The position numbers were made by a program, and so were the translations under genes. The notes below the pieces were generated by a model, which was given only the letters and a program-made list of their open reading frames with translations, did not search any database and had not been told where the DNA came from. DNA of 32,000 bases from Candidatus Kuenenia stuttgartensis (GTDB lineage: Bacteria > Planctomycetota > Brocadiia > Brocadiales > Brocadiaceae). Of the stretch, positions 16,832-25,632 are shown piece after piece. The stretch lies in assembly GCF_900232105.1 (NCBI RefSeq), contig NZ_LT934425.1, positions 3,240,001 to 3,272,000 of the forward strand. The letters are read 5' to 3'. Within the stretch, counting starts at the first letter, position 1, and the number at the start of each line of letters is the position of its first letter.

Positions 16832-18175
16832 ATGGCAGTAGAATCGGTGCTTGAACGTACGCTGCCTCAAAGTCTGGACGCCGAAATGAGTGTTATTGGC
16901 GCCATGTTGCTTGACAATGAGGTTATAAATGTAGTTGTGCCAATATTGAATAAGCAAAGTTTTTATAAAACGGCGCACCAGAGCATATACCAGGCCATAA
17001 TAGATTTGTATGATAAGGGGCAGGCCATTGATTTGGTTTTGTTGCGGGAAGAATTAAAGAAGCGTTCCTTACTTGAGAATGTTGGCGGAGCAGAGTATTT
17101 GGTGGAACTTGAGGAAGCGGTTCCAACTATTGGGAATGTAGAATATTATGCGAATATAGTACGGGAAAATGCCATAAAAAGAAATCTCATTGAAGTTGCC
17201 GCAAATATTCAAAAACAGGCATTTGAAGGTGCCGTTGATACCGGCTTTTTACTTGATTCCTCTGAGAGGGCGATCTTTGAGATTACGCAGAAAAAATTTA
17301 ACGCATCGTCCATTAAATTAAATGAAATACTGAAAGAAACCTTTAGCCGTATTGAGAATCTGCATGACAGGGAAAGCAGGTTAACGGGGTTATCTACCGG
17401 ATTTTACGATTTCGATGACCTTACCTGCGGATTGCAGCCTTCCGAACTTGTTATTGTTGCCGCAAGGCCCAGCATGGGGAAAACAAGTTTTGTTATGAAT
17501 ATTATCGAACATATTGGGGTGGTAGAAAAAAAACCGGCGGCAATATTTTCTATGGAAATGTCTGCCCAGCAGTTGGCGCAAAATATGCTTTGTTCTCACT
17601 CAAAGATCGATGCGCATAAACTAAGAAAAGGATTTCTGGAAGATGATGATAGATTATGGAGTGCACTTTCAAATGGGTTAGGGTCTCTTTCCGAAGCGCC
17701 TATTTTTATTGAAGATACACCGGGGCTGACAGTATTGGAAGTGCGTGCAAAGGCAAGGAGATTAAAAGCTCAATACGATATTCAACTAATTGCGGTAGAT
17801 TATTTGCAATTGATGGAATCGCCTCGTGGAGAAAATCGCCAGCAGGAGATTTCTATAATTTCCAGGGGTTTAAAATCTCTTGCCAGAGAACTGGCAATAC
17901 CGGTAATTGCGGTATCCCAGTTGAACAGGTCTGTGGAGTCTAGGGAGGGGCACAGACCAAGGATGTCAGATCTTCGTGAATCAGGATCGATTGAACAGGA
18001 TGCGGATGTTATTGCTTTGTTACACAGAGAAGATTATTTTAATCCCGAAAAAAAGGATGGTACCGCAGAACTGATTATAGCAAAACAGCGGAATGGGCCT
18101 ACAGGAACGATAAAATTGACTTTTCTCTCACATTGTATGCGTTTTGAAAATTTCTCGTCTTCAGGAATCGAATGA
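16832..18175 (+). CDS. dnaB: Replicative DNA helicase DnaB
   Basis: It has the N-terminal PQSLDAEMSVIGAML block, Walker A (ARPSMGKTSF), the LIAVDYLQLM block and the QLNRSVE / SGSIEQDAD motifs. Confidence 0.95.
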   Translation: MAVESVLERTLPQSLDAEMSVIGAMLLDNEVINVVVPILNKQSFYKTAHQSIYQAIIDLYDKGQAIDLVLLREELKKRSLLENVGGAEYLVELEEAVPTIGNVEYYANIVRENAIKRNLIEVAANIQKQAFEGAVDTGFLLDSSERAIFEITQKKFNASSIKLNEILKETFSRIENLHDRESRLTGLSTGFYDFDDLTCGLQPSELVIVAARPSMGKTSFVMNIIEHIGVVEKKPAAIFSMEMSAQQLAQNMLCSHSKIDAHKLRKGFLEDDDRLWSALSNGLGSLSEAPIFIEDTPGLTVLEVRAKARRLKAQYDIQLIAVDYLQLMESPRGENRQQEISIISRGLKSLARELAIPVIAVSQLNRSVESREGHRPRMSDLRESGSIEQDADVIALLHREDYFNPEKKDGTAELIIAKQRNGPTGTIKLTFLSHCMRFENFSSSGIE

Positions 18176-20550
18176 AACCGGACAAGGTTTTATTAACTAC
18201 CGCTAAGACAATTGTGGCACTTGTTTTGGTCTTGTGTTTTGTAAATGTTAAGGTTTCTTGCGATGAAAATCTGGATAAAAACACGCATATTCTAAAAAAA
18301 ATTGAAGTCAGAGGAAACAAAAGGATTAGTGATGCTGCAATAAGAAGCATCATTCGGTCGAAGGAAGGTGACGTGTATGACCCTAACCTAGTAAGTCAGG
18401 ATGTGGATGCTATTTGGTCACTGGGGTTCTTTGAAAACATAGAGGTTGAAATAGAAGAGACAGCCGATGGGTTAAACCTGATTTTCCTTGTCTCTGAACG
18501 TGCAGTAATTGACAAGATCCTGTTTTCGGGTAATAAAAAGATTAAATCCAAAAAATTGGCAAAAGAAATTGGGATAAGAGAGGGAGACGTATTAAAGCAT
18601 CATCTGCTGAAGTTGGATGAAGATAAAATACGGGATTTATATAAGAAAAAATGTTTTTCCAGAATGCAGGTACATGCGGAGTCCAAGGTGGTAAATGGAG
18701 AAACAACGGTTATCTTTAATATAGAAGAAGGTCCCCGTATACGTATTGCCGATATTGATTTTAAGGGTAATACCAGTTATAAACCCAGAAAACTCCTTAA
18801 GCAAATGGAAACCCGCAAGAAGAGATTCCCGAAAATAATGTTTCCCGGAAGATTTGAACAAGATGTATTTGCATCTGATATGGTTAAAATCAAAGAGTTT
18901 TACATGAATAATGGATGGCTGGATGTTGATGTTGGATGGGAGATAACATATGAAAACGATGACAGTGAGATGTACATTACCATACACGTAAAAGAAGGGG
19001 AAAGATATTATGTAGATACATTAGAAATAAGTGGTACAACAATATTTACCGCAGATGAATTGAAAGCTGCATTAAAATTGAAGGAAGGCGCCCCTTTCTC
19101 TTTAGACGCGGTGGAAAAGGATACATATCAAATCCGGCTTGCTTATGGTGCGCAGGGATATCTTGCAACTAGTGTTAATGAAAAACACATATTTGCTGCT
19201 GATGAAACTAAAGTAAAGGTGTTTTTTGATATTGAGGAGCGTGACAGGTACTATATAGACAAAGTAAAGATTATCGGAAACGATAAGACAAGGGACAATG
19301 TTATTCGCAGGCAGCTAACCTTTAATCCGGGTGAACGGTTAAATGTCGAAAAAATACGTGATAGCCAGAGACGATTGGCAAACACGGGGTATTTTGATAT
19401 GGATTCTGGAATGCCTGCGGGAATTAGTTTTGAACAAGGCTCTGTGCCAAACAAGAAAAATTTAATAGTTGAAGTAAGAGAAGGAAGGACCGGCATGCTA
19501 AGGTTTGGCGGAGGGTATGGGGCAAATGTCGGCGCTTTTGGCGATATTTCATATACAGATAGAAATTTTGATGTTCTTGATTTTCCAAAGGGCTGGAATG
19601 ATTTTCTGAGCGGGAATGCATTTCGCGGCGCAGGACAAATATTAACGTTGCGTTTCAGTCCCGGCTTTCAGAGAACTGAAATCCTTATTTCTTTGACGGA
19701 TCCCGCGATATTTGATTCCCCTTATAGTGCAGGAGCAAGCTTATCCAGCTATAGCAGGTGGTATAACCTTTATCAGCAAAAAAGCGCCGGAGCGCAGATC
19801 TCTGTGGGGAGAGAACTGGTGAGGGATGTTTATGTGAAAGTGAGCCCGTCATTTGAATTGATCGGTATTGAAAGAAGGAAAGATAAGAATGACACACCGC
19901 AGGATGTGTTAGATGTCGAGGGGGGTAATTGGAAAACGGGAGTTACCTTTTCTGCACAGGCGAATAAAACAGATAATATATTCATGCCAACAAAAGGATA
20001 TGCAATTAATACATCGTTCGAGGTTGCAGGCTTAGATGTGGATATTGTAAAATACGATGTAAAGGCAAAAAAATATACTACAGTTTTTGAGGTACCTAAG
20101 TGGGGAAAACATGTTGTCGCTTATGGGGGAACCATTGGGGTGGTCGAGTCCACATCGGGAGAAAACGTTCCGATATTTGAAAGATTTTATGCAGGAGGTT
20201 ATGGGTCTATTCGGGGTTTTAAATACAGAGGCGTCGCACCCATTGATGAGAAAACAGATGAACAGGTAGGTGGGGAACTTTTAATGTTGCTTAATACTGA
20301 ATATTTGGTGCCTTTGTATAAAGATATTGTTCGTATGGCAGTATTTGTTGATGCAGGAAAAGCAGATGAATCTTTGGCGGATTTCAATTTTGATCGTTTC
20401 AGGATGTCGGGAGGGCTTGGTTTAAGGTTGAATATTCCTTTCCTCGGCCAATCAACTGTTTCAATTGATTATGGTGTTCCAATAATGAAAGAAGAAGGGG
20501 ATGAAACCCAGGGATTTTCATTTAATTTTGGAGGGGGCGGCAGCTTTTAA
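18172..20550 (+). CDS. bamA: Outer membrane protein assembly factor BamA (POTRA repeats plus Omp85 barrel)
   Basis: It has a signal peptide, repeated POTRA-like units (I..I.F.GN, V..I.I.GN..T.D.VIRR), a C-terminal barrel with the RGF/Y motif (GSIRGFKYRG) and a terminal aromatic residue (GGGGSF). The ATG overlaps the dnaB stop (ATGA). Confidence 0.9.
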   Translation: MKPDKVLLTTAKTIVALVLVLCFVNVKVSCDENLDKNTHILKKIEVRGNKRISDAAIRSIIRSKEGDVYDPNLVSQDVDAIWSLGFFENIEVEIEETADGLNLIFLVSERAVIDKILFSGNKKIKSKKLAKEIGIREGDVLKHHLLKLDEDKIRDLYKKKCFSRMQVHAESKVVNGETTVIFNIEEGPRIRIADIDFKGNTSYKPRKLLKQMETRKKRFPKIMFPGRFEQDVFASDMVKIKEFYMNNGWLDVDVGWEITYENDDSEMYITIHVKEGERYYVDTLEISGTTIFTADELKAALKLKEGAPFSLDAVEKDTYQIRLAYGAQGYLATSVNEKHIFAADETKVKVFFDIEERDRYYIDKVKIIGNDKTRDNVIRRQLTFNPGERLNVEKIRDSQRRLANTGYFDMDSGMPAGISFEQGSVPNKKNLIVEVREGRTGMLRFGGGYGANVGAFGDISYTDRNFDVLDFPKGWNDFLSGNAFRGAGQILTLRFSPGFQRTEILISLTDPAIFDSPYSAGASLSSYSRWYNLYQQKSAGAQISVGRELVRDVYVKVSPSFELIGIERRKDKNDTPQDVLDVEGGNWKTGVTFSAQANKTDNIFMPTKGYAINTSFEVAGLDVDIVKYDVKAKKYTTVFEVPKWGKHVVAYGGTIGVVESTSGENVPIFERFYAGGYGSIRGFKYRGVAPIDEKTDEQVGGELLMLLNTEYLVPLYKDIVRMAVFVDAGKADESLADFNFDRFRMSGGLGLRLNIPFLGQSTVSIDYGVPIMKEEGDETQGFSFNFGGGGSF

Positions 20551-20552
20551 GT

Positions 20553-21188
20553 ATGAAATATAAAAATTATTTGAATGGTATAAAGTGTATTTGTGTTTGT
20601 GTTGTAATTATGGCGAGTTTATGTATGGTTTTGACGAATCAGGTACAGGCTCAAAATGTTAATACCCCTGCAAGTGGTTTAAAAATCGGAGTGGTAGATT
20701 TAAACATTGTGTTTGAAAAATATGAAAAACGAAAACAATATGATGCTGATTTAAGAGAAGAAGAAAAATCATATCAAACCAAAATCAATGATAAAAAAAA
20801 GGAACTGGTGGGCCTGAAGGACAAAATACAACTATTGGATCTTGGCAGCAAGGATAGAAAAAAGTATGAAGAAGAATTTGAAAGGAAAAATATAGAATTG
20901 GAATCTTATGCGAAAGTTGCTGAAAAGAGTCTGATGAGAACGTATAAAGAATCGTTTGAACGGTTGTATTCGGAAGTTTTAAGGGAGATAGAGGCAATAG
21001 GAAAACAAAATCGTTACGATTTAATTATTAAAAAGGAAGATGCTGAATTACAAAGTGGGGGTATTTCTGAAATGCAATTTAAAGTAGGGATAAAAACTGT
21101 TTTATATCACTCTGATGGCGTAGATATTACAAATCATGTAATAGATCTGTTAAACAAAAAATATTCCAAAGCAGACAAAGGGAAATAG
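20553..21188 (+). CDS. skp: OmpH/Skp-family periplasmic chaperone
   Basis: It has a signal peptide and a long charged coiled-coil region, and it sits in the conserved position right after bamA. Confidence 0.8.
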   Translation: MKYKNYLNGIKCICVCVVIMASLCMVLTNQVQAQNVNTPASGLKIGVVDLNIVFEKYEKRKQYDADLREEEKSYQTKINDKKKELVGLKDKIQLLDLGSKDRKKYEEEFERKNIELESYAKVAEKSLMRTYKESFERLYSEVLREIEAIGKQNRYDLIIKKEDAELQSGGISEMQFKVGIKTVLYHSDGVDITNHVIDLLNKKYSKADKGK

Positions 21189-21191
21189 TTT

Positions 21192-22061
21192 TTGGATAAC
21201 TTGCAAAAAACAATTGGGCAACCTGCAGAGTGTTCTGGTTGGGGCATGTTTCGGGGGGAAAGTGTCCGAATAAAGTTTAAACCAGCCTCGGTGAATTCCG
21301 GAATACATTTTGTGCGTGTCGACCTGCCATCTCGTCCAATAATACCCGCGAATGTTCACTTCTTATCAAACACTGCAAAACGCATTTTTTTGAAGAAGGA
21401 TGATGCCGAAGTTGAAGGGATAGAGCATGTAATGGCCGCTCTTGCCGGATTAGGCATTGACAATATAGAAATTGAAATCCATGGACGGGAAATGCCTGCA
21501 GGCGATGGAAGCGCCAAATATTTTATGGATATCCTGAAGGAGGCCACCATTGTTGCATTAGCAGGGGAAAAACATATATTCATAATTCGAGAGCCTATTA
21601 TGGTGAGCAATGGAAATGCAAGTATTATAGCGTCGCCTATTAATGAGGGATTGTTGCTTTCCTATACCCTGGACTTTGATGGTTTTTTTATAGATCCGCA
21701 AACATATGAATATGAAATTGAATTTAATGAAGAAAATTTTTCCAGAGAAGTTGCTTCCGCCAGAACGTTTGGTCTGAGTACCTACGTAGAAGAATTCAAA
21801 AAGCTTGGGCTGGGAAAAGGCGTCACGGACGATAATAGCTACGTAATACAGAAAGATGGAAAGATAACAAAACCTCTTTCTATGAGTCCTGCAGAATTAC
21901 GGTTCCCGAATGAACATGTTAGGCATAAAATTTTGGATCTTATCGGAGATCTTTATTTGGCCAATGTTGTTGTTAAGGGACACATCGTGGCAAAAAGATC
22001 CGGACATTTCCTGAACGCAGAATTGGCAAGAAAAATAGCAAATATCGCATGTAAGGCATGA
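21192..22061 (+). CDS. lpxC: UDP-3-O-acyl-N-acetylglucosamine deacetylase
   Basis: TTG start. The N-terminus is colinear with LpxC (T...........G.G...G..V.....PA..N.GI.F.R.DL). Zinc-site contexts IEHVMAAL and HKILDLIGDL are present. Confidence 0.9.
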   Translation: MDNLQKTIGQPAECSGWGMFRGESVRIKFKPASVNSGIHFVRVDLPSRPIIPANVHFLSNTAKRIFLKKDDAEVEGIEHVMAALAGLGIDNIEIEIHGREMPAGDGSAKYFMDILKEATIVALAGEKHIFIIREPIMVSNGNASIIASPINEGLLLSYTLDFDGFFIDPQTYEYEIEFNEENFSREVASARTFGLSTYVEEFKKLGLGKGVTDDNSYVIQKDGKITKPLSMSPAELRFPNEHVRHKILDLIGDLYLANVVVKGHIVAKRSGHFLNAELARKIANIACKA

Positions 22062-22316
22062 ATTATTGTCTGAATCTTACATAATATTTTTGGTATCTTC
22101 CTTTATAATCGTTAATAAATGAAGGTTTAGAGAGAATACGCTGTTTCAGGTTTTTAAACAAATGGATTAAATTCACCTTTTGTATAAAACGATGGCAGCA
22201 ACTGTTCGAGGTAGCGTTTACAAGGTACACTATTCAGTGGTAAGCAATGAGGCAAGATTCAGGTATGAATAAAATGGCCTGATCATTTCAAGAAAACAAA
22301 GAAACGGGGAGACGCA

Positions 22317-23135
22317 ATGAAAATTCATCGATGGGCACTTGTTCACCCCGGTGCTAAATTAGGCAGCGATGTCGAAATTGGTCCTTTTTCTGTTGTCGGT
22401 GAACATGTTACCATCGGTGATAGGACCGTAATAAAGAATAATGCAACGGTAATTGGACATACTACTATAGGGAAAAATAGTGTTATTCATCCAAATGCGG
22501 TATTGGGCGCTGAACCACAAGATCTTAAGTATTGCGGCGAACAATCTTTGCTGCTTATGGGAGATAATAACATTGTGAGAGAAGGGGTCACCATTAACAG
22601 AGGTACCGCTGGCGGTGGTGGGAAAACGGTAATAGGCAACAATTGTTTTTTTATGGCTTGTTCGCATGTTGCCCATGATTGCATAATAGAAAATAACGTC
22701 CTTCTGGCGAATGGTGTGTTATTGGGAGGACATGTTGTATTGGAAAAAGGGGTTAAACTTATGGGTTTAGTAGGTATACAACCATTTGTGACGATAGGTC
22801 GTTATGCTTATGTAGGCGGACACACAAGAATCGTTCAGGATGTGCCTCCATACGTAATAATTGAAGGGCACCCGGCAAGAATAAGGCAGGTTAATGTAAT
22901 CGGGCTGGAAAGAGAGGGGTTTTCCGGAGAGCAAATTGATAAGATTAAAGATTCATTCCGTGTATTATTTCGTTCTGATGAGTTGAATAGAAATAAAATT
23001 TTGGGGCAATTAGAGAAACAAGAATACATTTCACCTGAAGTTGAATATCTGATTACATTTCTGAGAAATATTGAAAAAGGTAAGCATGGGCGTTATAGAG
23101 AAATACTGAGAGTTTCACCCCAAGTAGTAATTTAG
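22317..23135 (+). CDS. lpxA: Acyl-ACP--UDP-N-acetylglucosamine O-acyltransferase
   Basis: It has N-terminal hexapeptide repeats (IHPGAKLG.DVEIGPFSVVG), the LpxA-type G.H.H.DC catalytic region (CSHVAHDC) and a helical C-terminal domain. Confidence 0.9.
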   Translation: MKIHRWALVHPGAKLGSDVEIGPFSVVGEHVTIGDRTVIKNNATVIGHTTIGKNSVIHPNAVLGAEPQDLKYCGEQSLLLMGDNNIVREGVTINRGTAGGGGKTVIGNNCFFMACSHVAHDCIIENNVLLANGVLLGGHVVLEKGVKLMGLVGIQPFVTIGRYAYVGGHTRIVQDVPPYVIIEGHPARIRQVNVIGLEREGFSGEQIDKIKDSFRVLFRSDELNRNKILGQLEKQEYISPEVEYLITFLRNIEKGKHGRYREILRVSPQVVI

Positions 23136-23344
23136 TTTTTTGAAAAACTCCAATAAAAGCAATGTCTTTTTATATTCCGTGCACCCCGCGCAAAGGCCTC
23201 CCTTACCCTCTACTTTTTCAAAAAAATAAATTGTTACCACAAAACCAAAAGTCGCCGTCCGCAATTGTTTCGTAGTCTGGTGTATTCTCAACCACGTTAA
23301 GGAGAAGAAGGGTGGTTTGTTTTTGGCAATATTAGAAGGTAAGT

Positions 23345-24373
23345 ATGCATAAGTTAAAGGTTGCGGTAATAGGTGTCGGCCATTTAGGGAAAGAGCATGC
23401 CAGGGTATTTGCCGAATTACCAGGCGTCGAATTGGTTGGAGTGGTTGATGCACTGAACAAACAAGCAGAAGAAATAGCCCGGCGCTATAATACACAATGG
23501 TATGTAAATTATCAGGATGTAATAGATAAGGTTTCTGCCGTAAGTATTGCTGTTCCCACAAAATCGCATTACGCAATTGCAAAAGACTTCCTTACTCATG
23601 GTGTTCACGTCCTCGTTGAAAAACCAATGACAGGAACTGTATCTGAAGCGAAAGAATTAATAAGTCTAAGCAAGAAGAAAGGACTTGTGCTTCAGGCGGG
23701 GTATATTGAGAGGTTTAATCCGGTTATTGTTGCAATAAAAAAAATCTCTTCCAATCCAAGATTTATAGAGTGCCACCGTTTAAGTCCCTTCACGTTTCGA
23801 TCTGCCGATATAGGCGTTGTCCTAGATTTAATGATACATGACATAGATATAATACTGAATATGACAGGCTCAAAGGTAAAAAAAATTGATGCTGTTGGCG
23901 TAAATGTTATTGCCGACAAAGAGGATATTGCAAATGCACGCATTCAATTTCAGAATGGCTGCGTGGCAAACATCACTGCCAGCAGGGTGTCTATTCAGCC
24001 TATGCGGAAAGTGAGATTATTTTCCGAAGACTCATATATTTCCATTGATTATCAGAAGAAAGAAGGGTTAATATATAAAAAATCCCCCAAACTAACCCTC
24101 AGTGCGCTTAATATTTCAGAGATGGATGTTTCGACCATTGCAGACCTAAAAAGCCATGTGTTTGGAGATTTGCTAAAGGTAGAACATATTAAAATGGATG
24201 ATTACGAACCACTAAAAAAAGAACTAGAGTCTTTTGTTACGTGTGTTTTGGAAAACAAGGAACCGGAAGTTTCCGGAGAAGAAGGTTTAAAGGCAATAGA
24301 GGTTGCAAATGATATTTTGCAGGAGATAGAAAGAAATCTTGCGCACTCACGCGCACAATGTATGGAGGATTAA
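23345..24373 (+). CDS. Gfo/Idh/MocA-family NAD(P)-dependent oxidoreductase (possible UDP-GlcNAc 3-dehydrogenase, GnnA-like)
   Basis: It has a Rossmann N-terminus (KVAVIGVGHLGKEH) and the EKP motif (LVEKPM). The specific substrate is inferred only from its position after lpxA. Confidence 0.8.
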   Translation: MHKLKVAVIGVGHLGKEHARVFAELPGVELVGVVDALNKQAEEIARRYNTQWYVNYQDVIDKVSAVSIAVPTKSHYAIAKDFLTHGVHVLVEKPMTGTVSEAKELISLSKKKGLVLQAGYIERFNPVIVAIKKISSNPRFIECHRLSPFTFRSADIGVVLDLMIHDIDIILNMTGSKVKKIDAVGVNVIADKEDIANARIQFQNGCVANITASRVSIQPMRKVRLFSEDSYISIDYQKKEGLIYKKSPKLTLSALNISEMDVSTIADLKSHVFGDLLKVEHIKMDDYEPLKKELESFVTCVLENKEPEVSGEEGLKAIEVANDILQEIERNLAHSRAQCMED

Positions 24374-24376
24374 ATT

Positions 24377-24604
24377 ATGGAGAAAGAAGTTCTTATTACA
24401 AAAAAAATGAGTACAGGGGAAGTGACAAAGAAATACCCTGCGACTAAAGAAGTTTTTGCAAAGTATTTTGGAAAGGGTTGTTTTGATTGCCCCTCTTTTG
24501 GTACGGAGGATATAAATTTGGCATGTATGATGCATAATACGGATGTTGATAAATTTGTGCAGGAGCTAAATGAAGCCGCATATAAGGAAATAAATAAGAC
24601 ATAA
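24377..24604 (+). CDS. DUF1858 / hybrid-cluster-protein-associated redox-disulfide-type small protein
   Basis: 75 aa matching the family pattern: I.....I.E...KYP....VF...G..C..C......T.E.A...H..D...F..ELN, with a CxxC-like pair (CFDC). GGAGGA is upstream, and the gene starts 3 nt after the preceding stop. Confidence 0.7.
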   Translation: MEKEVLITKKMSTGEVTKKYPATKEVFAKYFGKGCFDCPSFGTEDINLACMMHNTDVDKFVQELNEAAYKEINKT

Positions 24605-24697
24605 TAGTTAAATAGCCTGTGCGTCTATAAACGGAAAAATAGTTGATAAGTATATAATTTAATTTTTAAAAAGATTTAAGAGGACGATAGATAAACA

Positions 24698-25003
24698 TTG
24701 AAACATATTGACCTGCAAGAAAAAATAACATTCCACAAAGATCATTTTATTCCCAATATTCTGTATGCCTCCCCGAAAGTTAAAATGCCTCTCATTTGCA
24801 TGGAGCCGGGGCAAGTAATTCCTCCACACGGCGGGAATTCTGCAGGTATATTTTATGTGAAGGAGGGCAAAGGGATTTTTACCTTGGATGATGAGAAAAT
24901 CACAATGGAAAAAGGAATGGTTATTGTTGCGCCTGAGGGTTCTTCTCGGGGGATGAAGTGTCTTGAAAGAATGGTCGTTTTAGCAGTAAGCGCAGGAGGG
25001 TAG
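24698..25003 (+). CDS. Small single-domain cupin protein (metal-site His largely missing)
   Basis: About 100 aa with a beta-barrel cupin pattern (MEPGQVIPPHGG....IFYVKEGKG...........G..I..P). Only one His remains where the G(x)5HxH(x)3-4E motif is expected. The start is TTG, which is the only option after the in-frame TAA at 24689. Confidence 0.6.
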   Translation: MKHIDLQEKITFHKDHFIPNILYASPKVKMPLICMEPGQVIPPHGGNSAGIFYVKEGKGIFTLDDEKITMEKGMVIVAPEGSSRGMKCLERMVVLAVSAGG

Positions 25004-25013
25004 AGGTATTAAC

Positions 25014-25322
25014 ATGGGTAAAATAGTTTTAGAAGAAAAAGTAAAATTTTCACAGCAGAGTTATTTATCGGACACATTATTTAAGAGTAACAACCTCCTG
25101 CTGGAATTGTTGTGCATGGAAGAAGGCCAGGAAGTTATTTCGAAAATAACGAATTCGCAGGTAATTCTCTTAGTTGTTTCGGGCAATGGTTCTTTAACGC
25201 AGGGGTCTGATACCAGTACCCTTAAGGCGGATTCGTTAGTAATTTTTGAAGGCGTTGAACAGTTTGAAATAAAAGCAAGTAAACAAATGACTATATTGCA
25301 GTATGTTATACCGCAACCGTAA
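25014..25322 (+). CDS. Small single-domain cupin protein, paralog of the preceding gene (no His in the cupin motifs)
   Basis: It is colinear with the preceding ORF (I.L.EK..F, L.CME.GQ, V.G.G). No His is present in the motif region. Confidence 0.6.
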   Translation: MGKIVLEEKVKFSQQSYLSDTLFKSNNLLLELLCMEEGQEVISKITNSQVILLVVSGNGSLTQGSDTSTLKADSLVIFEGVEQFEIKASKQMTILQYVIPQP

Positions 25323-25347
25323 GAAATATTTTTGAGAAGGAGAATAG

Positions 25348-25584
25348 ATGAATATTGAAGACCGAATTATACTGGACGTGAGAAATATTATACCAAGAGA
25401 GCGACATCCAAAAATTTTTAATACGTTTGATGGATTAAGAGCGGGAGAGATGATGGTATTGATAAATGATCATGACCCAAAACCTTTAAAGTACCAATTA
25501 GAAGCGGAGCGTCCCGGTCAAATGGAATGGAAATATATCGAGCAAGGACCGGATATCTGGAAGGTTGAGATAGTAAAAAAATAA
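25348..25584 (+). CDS. DUF2249-domain protein
   Basis: 78 aa matching the DUF2249 pattern: LDVRN..P..RHP.IF..FD.L..GE......NDHDPKPL.YQ........W.Y...GPD.W.V.I. AAGGAG is upstream. Confidence 0.8.
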   Translation: MNIEDRIILDVRNIIPRERHPKIFNTFDGLRAGEMMVLINDHDPKPLKYQLEAERPGQMEWKYIEQGPDIWKVEIVKK

Positions 25585-25632
25585 TGGTTTTCAGCAAGGA
25601 AAATTAATTAATGTACAAAGGAGGCATAGAGT

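Noticed and set aside
22062-22316. A possible fabZ or lpxD remnant, or a small gene, in the lpxC-lpxA gap.
   Set aside because: The six-frame track shows no ORF of at least 60 aa here. Reading the region by eye shows no hotdog-fold or hexapeptide-like translation. A sensitive translated search would be needed to exclude a badly decayed remnant.
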